Shown: positions 1-11,208, counted from the first letter of the stretch. The stretch is DNA of 64,000 nucleotides from an uncultured delta proteobacterium (GCA_963816145.1 CAWFJP010000004.1:192001-256000), one strand, 5' to 3'. Notes: generated from the sequence alone by a model not told the origin. A program made the numbers and translations.

Positions 1-888
1 GTCATCGTAGCGACGCGAAATAGACGCGCGGCCCTCGATCAGTTTCTCAATCATATCCGTCGGCTACCCTCCACGCCCGGTTGGGAGCTTATCATTGTCG
101 ATAATGGCAGCAGCGACGATACCTCGACACTACTCGCTTCGGCAGGCGATGCTTTGCCGCTTCTAGCGATTGAGGAGCCGCGCCAGGGAAAGAGCCGGGC
201 CTTGAACAAAGCCCTCAGTTACGCGCGCGGTGACTTAATATTGTTTGCCGATGACGATATCGTGCCGGATCAGTTGTGGCTTTCCGCGCTTTCCGCGGCT
301 GCTGTTGAATATCCCGATGCGAATGTGTTTGGCGGCCGGATCTTGGTGGATCGGCAGTCTATCCCACGTTGGATCGCTGATTCACAAAATTTGAAAACTA
401 TTTTGACAACTGAACAAGATCTCGGTGATGTCCCGCAATGTTTTGCGCCGGACCAATATCCGGTCGGACCTAATATCGCCATACGGCGAAGCATTCTCGA
501 TGGCGGTCGATACCAATGGCCTGTGAGTCTCGGTCCCGGGACACCGGTGCCGTTAGGCGATGAGCGGGTATTTCTCATGCAGCTCAGTGCGCCTCATTCG
601 CCTGATCGCCTCTACGTTCCCGGCAGTGTCGTGTGGCATCGTGTTGTCGGGAGAGATCTCCGGGTCGGCAGTGCGGCTGGCCGCTGCTTCCTAGGAGGTT
701 ACGCCGCGGGATTGATTGGCAAGCGGTATGGTGGCGCTGCGATAGCACGCAAGACCCGGATAACTAAACTTGCTTGGCAGCGCTACCGCCGCTCCGCCAG
801 TAACGCGGAATTGTTCTGTAACTGCGCCCGTGCCTTGGGTGTGGCGGTGGGCTCGATCAGCCCCTTTCCACGGATTGGCGAAGATTAG
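1..888 (+). CDS. Glycosyltransferase family 2 (5'-truncated at window edge)
   Basis: Frame is open from base 1 (VIVATRNR...ELIIVDNGSSDDT...GKSRALN...LFADDD), with GT-A fold and DxD motifs. Confidence 0.9.
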   Translation, partial: VIVATRNRRAALDQFLNHIRRLPSTPGWELIIVDNGSSDDTSTLLASAGDALPLLAIEEPRQGKSRALNKALSYARGDLILFADDDIVPDQLWLSALSAAAVEYPDANVFGGRILVDRQSIPRWIADSQNLKTILTTEQDLGDVPQCFAPDQYPVGPNIAIRRSILDGGRYQWPVSLGPGTPVPLGDERVFLMQLSAPHSPDRLYVPGSVVWHRVVGRDLRVGSAAGRCFLGGYAAGLIGKRYGGAAIARKTRITKLAWQRYRRSASNAELFCNCARALGVAVGSISPFPRIGED

Positions 889-891
889 TTT

Positions 892-2055
892 ATGCGCGTG
901 CTGTTTATTACCAAGCAGCAGTACATGGCGAAAGATCTTCTAGCGGATCGATTCGGCCGATTCTATGAAATCCCGCGGGTGCTGGGGCAATTGCGTCACG
1001 ACCTGCACGGCGTTTGTCTTCGTTATTGGCCTAGCAAAACCGGTGTCATGACTTCTGGGTCTCACGATTTTGTCAAATGGACGTCCTTTCCTTTGGGCAG
1101 AGACTTGCCGTTGGGATTTGTGCGACACTATGTTCGGTTGGTTAGAATCGCCCGGCGGATTAAACCTGATATCGTAGTTGGTGCTTCCGATTGCTTCCAC
1201 ATCATCATGGCCGCTCGTTTGGGGACCAAGTTGAGCATACCGTACGCTGTTGATCTGTATGACAACTTCGAAGCCTATCGCGCGACGCAGATCCCCGGGC
1301 TGAGACATTGGTATCGCTCCGCCGTCAGCAAAGCTGCTGCGGTGTCGGTCGTCTCCGAAACACTCTTGGCGAAAGTCGAGACCGAGTATCGTCCGACCGG
1401 CATCGTTCGGACGGTTACCAATGCGGTGGCGCCGGAGTTTTTTCATGCCGGTGACAAAGCTATGGCAAGACGCAACCTCGGACTTCCCGAATCCAGACTC
1501 TTAGTAGGTAGCGCGGGCTCATTGACGCGTAGCCGCGATATTGCAATTCTTTGTCGTGCCATTGAGCGCATTAAGAATATTAATCCACGGGTTTGTTTAG
1601 TACTTGCTGGTCCGACGGATATGAGCATGACGCCGCAAGCGTGTGGCAAGATGATTTATCTCGGTCAATTGCCCCAGAAACGAGTCGGGGATCTGTTTCG
1701 CGCTTTAGACGTTGGCATCGTTTGCAACAGGGACGACCAGTTCGGCCGCTACTGTTTCCCGCAAAAGCTCTTCGAGATGTTGGCGTGCAACCTGCCTGTC
1801 GTGGCGGCCGATGTCGGTGCCACGCACAACTTGTTGCGCGAATCTAAAACATGTCTCTACCACCCGACCAGCGAGGATTCCTTGGTTAACGCGATCCTGG
1901 CGCAATTTGGCGGGGGTTGTTTGCCCGCACTGCCGATACCGACATGGCAAGACCGTGGCCTTGAGTTTGGCGCGTTGTTGGAAGAGGCGATCCCGGCTTC
2001 AACAAAATTGTTGACCAGCTTCGAGGCAGACAAATTGGCGGCTCAGAGATTGTAA
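892..2055 (+). CDS. Glycosyltransferase family 4 (GT-B)
   Basis: MRVLFIT start, KPDIVV, and C-terminal FPQKLFEMLACNLPVVAADVG typical of GT4. Confidence 0.88.
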   Translation: MRVLFITKQQYMAKDLLADRFGRFYEIPRVLGQLRHDLHGVCLRYWPSKTGVMTSGSHDFVKWTSFPLGRDLPLGFVRHYVRLVRIARRIKPDIVVGASDCFHIIMAARLGTKLSIPYAVDLYDNFEAYRATQIPGLRHWYRSAVSKAAAVSVVSETLLAKVETEYRPTGIVRTVTNAVAPEFFHAGDKAMARRNLGLPESRLLVGSAGSLTRSRDIAILCRAIERIKNINPRVCLVLAGPTDMSMTPQACGKMIYLGQLPQKRVGDLFRALDVGIVCNRDDQFGRYCFPQKLFEMLACNLPVVAADVGATHNLLRESKTCLYHPTSEDSLVNAILAQFGGGCLPALPIPTWQDRGLEFGALLEEAIPASTKLLTSFEADKLAAQRL

Positions 2056-2111
2056 ATGTCCTCGAAATCGATTCGTGAATATTAGGCAATCAAGTATCGC
2101 GAGCGTAGATT

Positions 2112-2900
2112 ATGATGCTTCTCATTTCCGTGTTTATCCTCGGCACCATCGTCGGTAGTTTCCTAAACGTCTGCATTGGCCGGATTCCCAATGAAGAGTC
2201 GGTAGTGTTTCCGCCTTCTCATTGCCCCAAGTGCAAGGCTGCCATCACGTTTTACGACAACTTCCCGTTGCTCAGTTATTTGTGGTTACGTGGGAAGTGT
2301 CGGGCCTGCCACGAGGCCATTTCGCCGCGCTATTTCCTTGTCGAGTTGCTCACGGGATTGGTGGCATTGGCGCTCTATTCCCGCTTCGGACTGAGTTACA
2401 CTTTTGTCGTCAGTTTTGTTTTTGCCGCGGCCTTGATCGTTATTTCGTTTATCGATCTCGATGTTCGCATCGTACCGGACGTGATCAGCCTGCCGGGGAT
2501 CATCGTCGGTTTAGTGTTTTCGGTCATTGGCTATTTTGTCTTTACCGATGCCTTCGAAATTATCCCGACCCCGCTAAGCTCGCTCATCGGGATCCTTGTC
2601 GGTGGCGGGTTTTTGCTGGCGACGGCCTGGATATACGAGAAAGTTACCGGTGTGGATGGCATGGGCGGTGGCGACATTAAGCTGTTGGCGATGATCGGTG
2701 CGTTTCTCGGTTGGCCTTCGATTCCCGTTACGCTTTTCATTGCGTCGGTGTTGGGTTCGGTGATCGGTGTCGGCTTGATGGTGGCCACCGGTGCCGGGCG
2801 CAGGCTGGCTTTGCCTTTCGCCCCGTTTCTATGCGCTGGTGCGCTGATTTATCTTTTCTACGGTGGCATTTTGATTCAATATTATTTGCCTAACTCTTAG
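2112..2900 (+). CDS. pilD: Prepilin peptidase / N-methyltransferase
   Basis: GSFLNVCIGRIP, two CxxC pairs (CPKC, CRAC), catalytic FIDLD and GGGDIKLLAMIGA, PFAPFL. Confidence 0.95.
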   Translation: MMLLISVFILGTIVGSFLNVCIGRIPNEESVVFPPSHCPKCKAAITFYDNFPLLSYLWLRGKCRACHEAISPRYFLVELLTGLVALALYSRFGLSYTFVVSFVFAAALIVISFIDLDVRIVPDVISLPGIIVGLVFSVIGYFVFTDAFEIIPTPLSSLIGILVGGGFLLATAWIYEKVTGVDGMGGGDIKLLAMIGAFLGWPSIPVTLFIASVLGSVIGVGLMVATGAGRRLALPFAPFLCAGALIYLFYGGILIQYYLPNS

Positions 2901-3140
2901 TGCCGACTGTTTACTGGGGCCAAATCTCGTCATAAGTCCGATTTTTGGTAGGATATCGTGTCGCTCAATTTTCTAGGCTGGTCTAAATAGCTCCCCATTA
3001 ATCCCTCGATGTCACGGCTGCTCTCGATGTCAGCTCTTCGGGCCTTGGTATGCTTCTTGTTAGATAAAACTCGCAGCGGTTTATAAGTCTACAGGGGCTG
3101 AATTGGTGTCGATCTGGGGAGTGGAGACCGTTAGCTAGAC

Positions 3141-3623
3141 ATGAGACTAGAGCGCGCAGCGAAGAGGTTTTTCGTTCAATCCGGTTTTACACTATTGGAG
3201 CTGCTTGCCGGGTGCGCTCTATTCGGCATTCTTACAGCGATTGCGGTACCGAGCTTTACTGCGGTCCAACCCTCACTTCGTCTCAATGGTGCAGCGAGAC
3301 AGGCATATGGACGGTTGATGTGGGCACGGGCGCAAGCGGTTGATCAGAATAACCAGTTCATCGTTTCTTTGGCTGATAATCACACTTTATCCATTCTGGA
3401 TGATAACAATGGTAACGGCAGCGCAGATGTTGGGGAAACGGTGACCACAGTAGATATCCAACTTGCGTACCCAGATGTGACAATCACTAAAGGTTTGGCG
3501 GACCCTAACCCGACGTTCTTGGGAAGAGGCACGACTCTTGGGACTACGAGTTTCACCGTGTCTAACTCGGCTGGGTCGCGGACGATTACCGTCAATATTA
3601 CTGGCGTGATCAAAATTAACTAG
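3141..3623 (+). CDS. GspH/FimT-family minor pilin (cluster 1)
   Basis: Class III signal QSG|FTLLE with hydrophobic helix; LNGAARQ...ARAQAV; C-terminal ITVNITGVIK. Confidence 0.88.
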   Translation: MRLERAAKRFFVQSGFTLLELLAGCALFGILTAIAVPSFTAVQPSLRLNGAARQAYGRLMWARAQAVDQNNQFIVSLADNHTLSILDDNNGNGSADVGETVTTVDIQLAYPDVTITKGLADPNPTFLGRGTTLGTTSFTVSNSAGSRTITVNITGVIKIN

Positions 3624-3644
3624 CGGTTATAGATTTTATTAACG

Positions 3645-4016
3645 ATGAAGCGTTTGCGAGCGAATGTTGGATTTACCTTGATGGAGGTGTTGGTAGCCCT
3701 GCTGCTGCTAACGCTGGGGATGCTCGGCGTGGCGAATCTTACGATTGGAGTCATCAAGGGGAATTCCTATAGCAAGAATGTAACCACGGCGACTGTTGTG
3801 GCGCGGCAACAAATCGAGGAGGCTATTCGACTGGGATATTCCACTGCCGGTAATCTGGCCGGCACATCGACGATAGCGATGGGTGGCAAGAGCTTTACGC
3901 GAACGACCACCGTTGCCAACGCGACCCCCTCGGCAAATATGAAAACCGTTACCGTCGCAGTGGCGTGGAATCCGGGGAATTATTCTGTGAGTCTCAACAC
4001 TACGCTTTCGCAATAG
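3645..4016 (+). CDS. PilV-like minor pilin (cluster 1)
   Basis: NVG|FTLMEVLVALLLL; C-terminal KTVTVAVAW; second gene of the cluster. Confidence 0.85.
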   Translation: MKRLRANVGFTLMEVLVALLLLTLGMLGVANLTIGVIKGNSYSKNVTTATVVARQQIEEAIRLGYSTAGNLAGTSTIAMGGKSFTRTTTVANATPSANMKTVTVAVAWNPGNYSVSLNTTLSQ

Positions 4017-4018
4017 CA

Positions 4019-4648
4019 ATGGTTTACATGGGATTTAAAAACAACCAATTCCAGGACGGGTTCTCCTTGATGGAATTGGTTATCGCGATCGCCATTGGGA
4101 TGGTGATCATGGGGGCGGTCGCGGGCACATTTATGACGCAGACACGGTTCTATAACGCCCAAGAGCAAGTAAATGAAATGCAACAAAATGCTAGAGCCGC
4201 GATCGATCTGATTTCTCGTGAGATTAAGATGGCCGGCTATAAACCAACTGGCGATGCGATTACAGGTGTGAGCTACAGCACTACTGAGCTTAGAATCAGA
4301 TCGAATAATAACGGGTATCTTGCGGTCGCGAACGGCGGCGATACGACCATCAACGACAGCTCGGACGAACATTTGGTGTACACGTTTGATGCGGCGAACA
4401 ACCAAATCAAACGAGCGTATGGCGTGGTGGGTGCAACCCCTCAAGTCGTCGCAAGCAATATTACAGCCTTTACGTTTAGCTACTTGGATTCGAGCGGAGC
4501 TGCAACAACCACGGCAGCAAACATTCGACAAATAAGCCTCAGCATAACCGCTCGAACGGCAAAGCCGGATCCAAATTTAAGCACCAATAACGGCTACCGA
4601 ACCTACACCGTATCGACAGTTATCACACCGCCGAATCTAGGACTCTGA
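4019..4648 (+). CDS. PilW-like minor pilin (cluster 1)
   Basis: QDG|FSLMELVIAIAI and MQQNARAAIDLISREIKMAGY. Start placed at ATG 4019, just after the pilV stop. Confidence 0.88.
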   Translation: MVYMGFKNNQFQDGFSLMELVIAIAIGMVIMGAVAGTFMTQTRFYNAQEQVNEMQQNARAAIDLISREIKMAGYKPTGDAITGVSYSTTELRIRSNNNGYLAVANGGDTTINDSSDEHLVYTFDAANNQIKRAYGVVGATPQVVASNITAFTFSYLDSSGAATTTAANIRQISLSITARTAKPDPNLSTNNGYRTYTVSTVITPPNLGL

Positions 4649-4665
4649 ATAAGGAGAAACATTCT

Positions 4666-5969
4666 ATGAGAGCTATGCGGATTAGTCGCTTTTGTCCCTG
4701 TGCGCGAGTGTTGTCGAGCCAGGACGGATTCCTGTTGGTGGCGGCATTGGTGTTATTGGCGACGTTGACAATGCTTGGGACTACTGCCTATTTGCTCTCG
4801 TCGACGGACATAAAAGTCGGTGGAAGTTTCAAGACCTCGCAAGAAAGTTTAGCCGTAGCCCAGGCTGGTGCGGAGAGAGGTCGGGAAGTGTTGCGACAAA
4901 TCAATGGAAACCAAACCATCGCCGCCGACCCAACCACCTTTAATTCAGAACTTGTCTACTACCAAAATGTAGCCTTAACGAGTGGAACGATTGGCAGTTA
5001 TAGTTATACGGTCATGCTGAGTAATGATTTGCGGGATGCAGAGCCTACAGCCGATAGTAACAACAAAGTTTTGCTGACTTCCACGGCAACGGGACCGAAT
5101 AATACAAAGGCGATGGTGGAAATAGGCGTGTCTTTACCGCCACCACCGAGTGGATCACCGATAAACTTTCCGACCAACCCCGGCGCGATTACTTTGCTTG
5201 GGAACAGCGCCAGTTTTATCGGTGGTAACAGTAATGCGAAAACATTGAATGGCGACGATCAGTGTGGGGCGTCGCCACCTCTTCCGGTGGTCGCCGTCAG
5301 TGCGGCTGGCAGTTTGGCCGGTGTCAAAACTTCGATCACCGGTACCAAGCCGGCTACTTACCATACCAAAGTCAACGGCGTTAGTGTCGATGCGACTACG
5401 AATATCAACGATATCGCCAAATCCATAACGGCTGGGCAAATGACCAGTGCCGGTTACGATCTGAGCAGCGCGACTTCACAAACAGTCTGGTCGGCGCAAT
5501 CCAGGCCTTGCCTCAGGCTACGACCGTTGCGGGAGGTTCGTCGAGTTCCGGTATTGCCGGCGGTATTGGAACGGCGGCAAGTCAGAAGATTGTCGTTGTC
5601 GACGGCGACCTCACCTTGAGTGGAGGGGCAAGCGGATTTGGGATTTTGGTCGTCAAGGGTACGCTGACTTTTAGCGGCAATATCAACTACACCGGAATTA
5701 TCATGGTTGTCGGCGACGGTGTGATGGTACGGAATGGTGGTGGCAATGGTACGATTAGCGGCGCAGTCTGGGTCGCCAACACATCGGGGCCCGATGGTAA
5801 TCCCGGTACGGCCGACGATGCGATGGGCGCCGCGGTATTGAACACGTCGGGCGGCGGCGCTTCAAACATCCAGTATTGTTCGTCAGCGATTGCTAATGCA
5901 CTTTCCTTGACGGCGACACCACCAACATATGACCCGTTGCTTGTAAAATCATACCGGCAGGTCATGTAA
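4666..5969 (+). CDS. PilX-like minor pilin (cluster 1), split by a frameshift near 5480
   Basis: QDG|FLLVAAL, lacking E5 as PilX does. ORFs 4666..5619 and 5508..5969 join if one base is restored near 5480. The C-terminus has GFGILVVKGTLTFSGNINYTGIIMV, matching the intact paralogue at 12855. Confidence 0.8.
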
Positions 5970-6034
5970 TCGAAAATGGCGCCTCTCCTACGGTGATTGT
6001 CATCGGACAGTGGGGATTGTCCACGAGAGTGGGT

Positions 6035-6649
6035 TTAAGGATAGGCTGCTTTTAAATAGCGATCGATCGCTTTCCGGAGCGTCGTTAACGCAGCCAGCTC
6101 TTCCTTGTGGGCATCGGCCTGATTCAACTTCTGAACCTTACTTATGAAGGATTCTATATCAGCGTCTAGTGCGTGCACTTCATGTTTTGGCAAATCATTG
6201 AGGCTGCCAAAGCGTTTTTGTAACTCACCGTATTCGTTTAGTATCTCTTCATTTTTGGGCAGAGGCTCGCTGGTGGCAGATTCGGTTTTCTGGGAAACCG
6301 TTTGTCCTGCTTGTTTTTGATCTGTTAGAAGTTTCGACTCAACGGATGCGACACCGGTCGGTGTCTGCTGTCCGGCTGTCTTGGTCCTTTCAGCCTCGGT
6401 CGTATGAGTTGGCAGTGGCAGTATTCGATCGGATTGCTCGATCTTGTCCACGAACGATCTGTCAATGCCGAAAATCCCCCCGTAAGTATCGAACAAAATT
6501 TGGGCGCCCGCTTGCCAGTAACGATTTGTTATGTACTCGTTGCCATTTTTTAATTTAATCACATAAGCGGCGTTGGCGTTTCTTATAAAGCCCATGCAGG
6601 CCATCATTAGAAATCCGATAGCTGTTTTCTTCATCTTCATGGGTTCCAA
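6035..6649 (-). CDS. Hypothetical exported protein
   Basis: Signal-peptide-like MKKTAIGFLMMACMGFIRNANA, then YVIKLKNG and a helical C-terminus. True start may be 6640. Confidence 0.7.
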   Translation of the reverse strand: MEPMKMKKTAIGFLMMACMGFIRNANAAYVIKLKNGNEYITNRYWQAGAQILFDTYGGIFGIDRSFVDKIEQSDRILPLPTHTTEAERTKTAGQQTPTGVASVESKLLTDQKQAGQTVSQKTESATSEPLPKNEEILNEYGELQKRFGSLNDLPKHEVHALDADIESFISKVQKLNQADAHKEELAALTTLRKAIDRYLKAAYP

Positions 6650-6871
6650 CTGGATTGTTTTTGATTATACCATTTCTTGGCGTCGGCGGTATATTTTTTC
6701 GGCTTTGGTTGTCGTGGAAGGCACACCTAGGCCGCCTCGTTCCTGGACCCTGCATGACCATTACATAGCGTGGCGTTGCGGAACTTCCATCAAGTTAAAA
6801 AGCAAAAAAGAACAAGTGGTTAGCAAGACTCAGGCAGCTGATCAGGCAATATATAAGCGCTGCTGACAGAG

Positions 6872-6888
6872 GTTGACATCCGCGATAC
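6872..6888. repeat. Target-site duplication, left copy
   Basis: gTTGACATCCGCGATAC abuts the TGT end; 16 of 17 bp identical to 11269-11285. Confidence 0.85.
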
Positions 6889-7127
6889 TGTCGTAGCAAC
6901 ATCAATCTTCCATATTAACAGCAACGCGAATATGTCAGGGTCATGAGTTGGGGTGCCGGCGCGGTGTTGACGAAAGCATGTTGCGCAGCGACATGGGGAT
7001 GCAGGGAAGTTTGAGTTTGTAGGCAGTGTCAGCTTGATAAGAGCGAAGATGGATGAACAGACCGATCCTCTTGGCTCGGTCTGTTCCCGGCAATCAGATT
7101 TGCGTAGATCGAAGGCGAGTGTTGCGG

Positions 7128-8684
7128 CTAGAGTGTCAGTCGGAGTTTCAAGATAGCCGCAATTTCATTGAAGATAACTTGGAGTTGTGCTTGGACATCG
7201 CCATTAAGATCAACGGTATATAATTTTCCCTTCTGGTGATTCGAATTAAATGCGGGTTTCCCGGCGCCAGTGAGATCACTATGCGGATCCTGATCGGGAG
7301 TGGTATAAACGGCGTTACAACCCCCTGACTGCTGGTCAGTACTGACATCCTCGATCACATCTTGGTCGTTGGTAATCGCTGCCAAGAGGCATCGCGCGTT
7401 GGCGTCGAGCCTGGCAGTAGCGTCGGCATTAGTCCCTGGCCCTATTGCGATGGCAAAAATGATGGCGTTTCTTCCTCCTAGTTCTTTGATCTGACGCGCC
7501 TCTTCCCTGGCAGCATTGCGAGCCGCCTGCATCTGGTGCAGATAGAGTGAATTGGGAGTTCCCGAGCCTGACGTAGTCTTGCCGCATCCATCGCTATTAT
7601 CGATCGTTGACGCACCGAAGTGCTTTTCGCAATTCGTGTTTAGGTTAAAACGATCCAATCCGTCTGATACCGCCGCGCTTGTGGAGTTACCTCTTTTGAC
7701 AAAAAAACAACCGTTGCCATCGCTCCACGGGGGGTTGCCAAGCGGACTGCCGGTAAGAGGATCGGTTTGGCATGCCGCGATGCTGTCAAGTCGGAGAGCG
7801 GTGGGTTGCCCGTCTGTAACCAAAAGGACTACTTTGCGTGTTGCAGTTCGTGCAGGGTCATTGAAAGCATTGGCGATCTGCGTCTTTCCTGTCCGGAGAC
7901 CTTCCATCGTGTTGGTCGTACCGCTCAGTCCTAGGCCATTGACGGCGGCCACAATATTACTAATCGTGCTTCCCATGACCTTGTCAGGCACGCAGACATT
8001 GCCCGTGAATTCGTTTGAACCGCCCGTGCCACACCCTCGTTTACCAAAGGCAGTCATTCCGAGTCGATCGTCCGCGGTAAAGTTTTCACCTAAAAAACCG
8101 CTCCCGGTACATCCCTGGCCTGTCAGGGCGCATTTCAAAGCGTTTAACTTCGTTCTTCCCGCGCCATCGGTTTCACCCATAGAGCCGGATCGATCAAGCA
8201 CCAACATGAGGTCAACCGGCCGTTCAGGACCAGCCTCGGCGCGAGCGACGACATTGATAGTTGAATAGTCTCCCGGCACGATCCAGCCGAGAAAGCGTAA
8301 AAACGTGGTGGACACCGGCTCAGTCGCGGTCACTCTCACCCCCTTTACCGGCGGTCCGCCGGAGACGGGAAGATCGAAGAATTCGACCTCGGCAGTCATT
8401 GGCGCGCCATTGGTTGTCGTGCAAGCGTTGCCGCTCATGACCACAGGCGCGCCGTTCATCGTCATCGAATCACAGGCGGCGCGGACCGCGTCGTTTATCA
8501 ATGCCGCCTGGCCTTTGACGACCTTGGCAGCGGCGAGAGACGCGGCATCGACGAGCCGGTTAATCCGTGCTTTTTCCAGATAGGATCGACCAAAATCAAG
8601 GGCAAACCCGATAAAGGTACCGAGTAATGCGAAGGAAACCGTGAACCATACAATGAACGAACCCCTTTGATTTAACTTGCGCAT
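7128..8684 (-). CDS. TadG-like pseudopilin with von Willebrand A domain
   Basis: QRG|SFIVW..., FALDFGR, VDAASLAAA (Tad N-terminus); MIDAS LVLDRSGSM; LLVTDGQP; Cys-rich inserts. Confidence 0.88.
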   Translation of the reverse strand: MRKLNQRGSFIVWFTVSFALLGTFIGFALDFGRSYLEKARINRLVDAASLAAAKVVKGQAALINDAVRAACDSMTMNGAPVVMSGNACTTTNGAPMTAEVEFFDLPVSGGPPVKGVRVTATEPVSTTFLRFLGWIVPGDYSTINVVARAEAGPERPVDLMLVLDRSGSMGETDGAGRTKLNALKCALTGQGCTGSGFLGENFTADDRLGMTAFGKRGCGTGGSNEFTGNVCVPDKVMGSTISNIVAAVNGLGLSGTTNTMEGLRTGKTQIANAFNDPARTATRKVVLLVTDGQPTALRLDSIAACQTDPLTGSPLGNPPWSDGNGCFFVKRGNSTSAAVSDGLDRFNLNTNCEKHFGASTIDNSDGCGKTTSGSGTPNSLYLHQMQAARNAAREEARQIKELGGRNAIIFAIAIGPGTNADATARLDANARCLLAAITNDQDVIEDVSTDQQSGGCNAVYTTPDQDPHSDLTGAGKPAFNSNHQKGKLYTVDLNGDVQAQLQVIFNEIAAILKLRLTL

Positions 8685-8701
8685 TTTAGGGTCTCCCGCG
8701 T

Positions 8702-9307
8702 TTAATTCGCGCTAACATTCGTAAAGATCGTTCGATCATATAAGTCTGTATTTATACCTTTGCCGACGAAGGTGATTATATTCGGAGCATAGTTGTAAAA
8801 AACCTCCAATACATGGAAAGTTTGGCCATCTTTCACATTCTGGATGCCTGGCAGGATACTCTGAGATATCGGAGTTCCGTTGGGTGGATTGGGTAGACCC
8901 AGTTTGCTCTGTTTATTGAGGTTTCCCCTGGTAACTTGACCACCCGCCTTAGTGTCCACGATATAATTGCAAGGGTCGGGTGGGCATGGAATATTGTTTC
9001 GAACCACTTTGGTGTAAATAACTCTCCACTGCGCCTGATTGGCCGTAGTAAGCGTTGGCGCCGCGGCTTTGATGATGGCGTCGAGTATATCGTTGTCGGG
9101 GCCGGTCTTATCGATAGGAAGCTTTCCACCCCGGGAGGCGAGGTTGGCGCCTTCTCGGGTCGTGTGAGTTAGAGTCAAATAGGTACTAATTACCGATCCA
9201 ACTTCAACAGCGCCATAGGTCAACATTACCAACAAAGGCGCGATTAGCGCGATCTCGATAAGCGCCTGCCCTTTATTCGAGCCTAGGATTGTGCGTAACG
9301 ATCTCAC
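8702..9307 (-). CDS. TadE/TadG-family pseudopilin
   Basis: NKG|QALIEIALIAPLL...VEVG...TREGANLAS. Confidence 0.88.
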   Translation of the reverse strand: MRSLRTILGSNKGQALIEIALIAPLLVMLTYGAVEVGSVISTYLTLTHTTREGANLASRGGKLPIDKTGPDNDILDAIIKAAAPTLTTANQAQWRVIYTKVVRNNIPCPPDPCNYIVDTKAGGQVTRGNLNKQSKLGLPNPPNGTPISQSILPGIQNVKDGQTFHVLEVFYNYAPNIITFVGKGINTDLYDRTIFTNVSAN

Positions 9308-9318
9308 AATAAGAACTC

Positions 9319-9819
9319 CTAACTTGTCGGATAGGGTTCGTTTTTCCAGGTGGTGCTCAATTGCAACGGCACCCCACCCGAGGGGAAATATCGCGAAAAA
9401 AACGGCATGAGCGTCGGTTTTGATAACTTAACCGTGACCAGTACGGTTTGCTCCGATCCCCCGCCCGGCGCCGTACAAGTCCCATCAAGACAGGTAAACG
9501 TAAAATTGGGGCCGAGAGGGGGACACTGGACCCCGGCGGCGATCACATTGGCGCAGAATACGTCATGAATCACTTGATCACGGGGAAGCGGATCTCCTTG
9601 CTTGTTCATTTCGGTTCTACCCGTAATCATATATCGGCCCGCCGTGCGTAGCGCATGTTGCAAAGTGACCTTGGCATAGAGAAGATGAGAAAATTCCACG
9701 ATCGCCATGAAAAGAGCGAAAAATATCAAGAAGCTAAATGTGAATTCGACAAGCGCTTGGCCCGTTCGGCAATCCAGGGGTTTCATTAATCTGAATATCA
9801 GCGATCGAACTTCGGCCAT
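9319..9819 (-). CDS. TadE-family pseudopilin
   Basis: RTG|QALVEFTFSFLIFF...IVEFS...ALRTAGRY; GGAGG RBS before ATG 9819. Confidence 0.85.
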   Translation of the reverse strand: MAEVRSLIFRLMKPLDCRTGQALVEFTFSFLIFFALFMAIVEFSHLLYAKVTLQHALRTAGRYMITGRTEMNKQGDPLPRDQVIHDVFCANVIAAGVQCPPLGPNFTFTCLDGTCTAPGGGSEQTVLVTVKLSKPTLMPFFSRYFPSGGVPLQLSTTWKNEPYPTS

Positions 9820-9893
9820 CGATCCTCCACTAATTGGCATGCAAAAGGACATTGCGAAATCCAGAGTGTACAAAATCTAGACAATTTTTTATA

Positions 9894-9909
9894 TGCAATA
9901 TCCAAACCA
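9894..9909 (-). promoter_or_regulatory. Putative sigma54 promoter for the tad genes
   Basis: TGGTTTG-GATA-TTGCA with correct GG-N10-GC spacing. Confidence 0.55.
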
Positions 9910-10145
9910 TTATAATGGTCGCCTTAGGCGTCCATCAAGTCCTTAATTATTGAAAAAACCCGCGCAAGCCAACGACATTGATGACGAGACTGACAAGGGC
10001 ATGGGACAAATATGTCAGCGGAAGTTTTATCAATCCGGGTGCTCAGTGGGCATCGTTCTCAGGCATTTCGCCGGAAATATTCCGCTTCGGATTGTCTCGT
10101 AACAGAATTCTCCACGAATATACATTTTTATCCGCGTCTTTCTGA

Positions 10146-10161
10146 TGGCCCGTTCCTTGCT
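10146..10161 (+). promoter_or_regulatory. Putative sigma54 promoter
   Basis: TGGCCCG-TTCC-TTGCT upstream of ATG 10228. Confidence 0.55.
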
Positions 10162-10227
10162 CACACGATTAGACAAGCGGGGCCAAAACTAACGGAGCGA
10201 AAACTTTTGGAAAGAAACGGAAAACTC

Positions 10228-10452
10228 ATGAATGGGTCCTCTTGTTGCGCAAAGTGGATTCTCGTCTTATTAGTTGTCAACACAATGGCGTTTGTTGAAG
10301 GCTTTTGCCTTGCGTCTCTAGGCCGCGGCATAGTGACTGTGGGGCTCACAATAACAAGCGTGTTAGCCGTCGTTGCGATGAGTCGCTTGGGGCTCTTAAA
10401 TACAACTAGCGGCGGCAAAAACGCCCTCGCGGGTGAAGAACCTCAGCATTAA
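10228..10452 (+). CDS. Small two-helix membrane protein (74 aa)
   Basis: Two hydrophobic stretches; lies downstream of a sigma54-like promoter. Confidence 0.5.
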   Translation: MNGSSCCAKWILVLLVVNTMAFVEGFCLASLGRGIVTVGLTITSVLAVVAMSRLGLLNTTSGGKNALAGEEPQH

Positions 10453-10754
10453 CGGAAAATTTCCGATGATTTCAGCCCATGATCCGTCCGTCTCTGGGTT
10501 TATCGAAAGACGAGCGACATCGTTAGATCATCGTGTGCTCGGGAAATCACGATCTGAAATCGAATCTGTGTAATTCCCCCGTGTTACTGAGACCGGGGGG
10601 ATTACATTTAAAAGTCCGTGCGGGCCTAATTTTACCCACTCTGCATGATTAGAAGGAATATTTCGGCCAATAATCGGGCGGTGCAACTTTAAATATTACG
10701 TTTTTTCATTCACCGTCGATTTGCAGTGAGGGCTAAGTGCTCCTCCCAGTACCC

Positions 10755-11208
10755 CTATCTGGATATCCGCGGGAAGCCATCGACCTGGAGCATCATCCCC
10801 TCAGCGGTTCGTATTTCTCAGCGGCTTCGGTGTTTGATGCCGCGCTGCTTCTTGGGGGGGGATCTCGGCACGAAGAATACGGCGGACTTTCTCCAGACTG
10901 AGTGAGATCTGTTCTTGTTCTTTGAGCTGCTCGGTTAGATGGAGATCGTTGAAGCCTTGGTATTTACCTCGGGCTAATTCCAAGACCCGTTTAACCGTCC
11001 TTTTCTTGAGTTTTCGTTTACACGGTAGTCCGTGGTTACCGTGAACCACGCCCTTGGCTCCCGCCTTGTTCACCCGCGCTTTGATCCGGTAACACTCTCG
11101 TTCGCTTAGTCCCATCACCAGTGCGGCTTGTCCCACGGTCAGCTCACAGCGATAAACCCGTTGGATTACGTCTAGTCTTTTCTCCTCTTTCATCGTCAGG
11201 GTTGTCAT
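10755..11208 (-). pseudogene. ISNCY/IS1202-type DDE transposase, degraded and truncated
   Basis: N-terminal HTH MKEEKRLDVIQRV...GLSERECYRIK...GVVHGN. After a frameshift near the G run at ~10854-10861 and a TGA at 10818-10820, the frame reads EGMMLQVDG (first catalytic Asp), then stops. Confidence 0.85.
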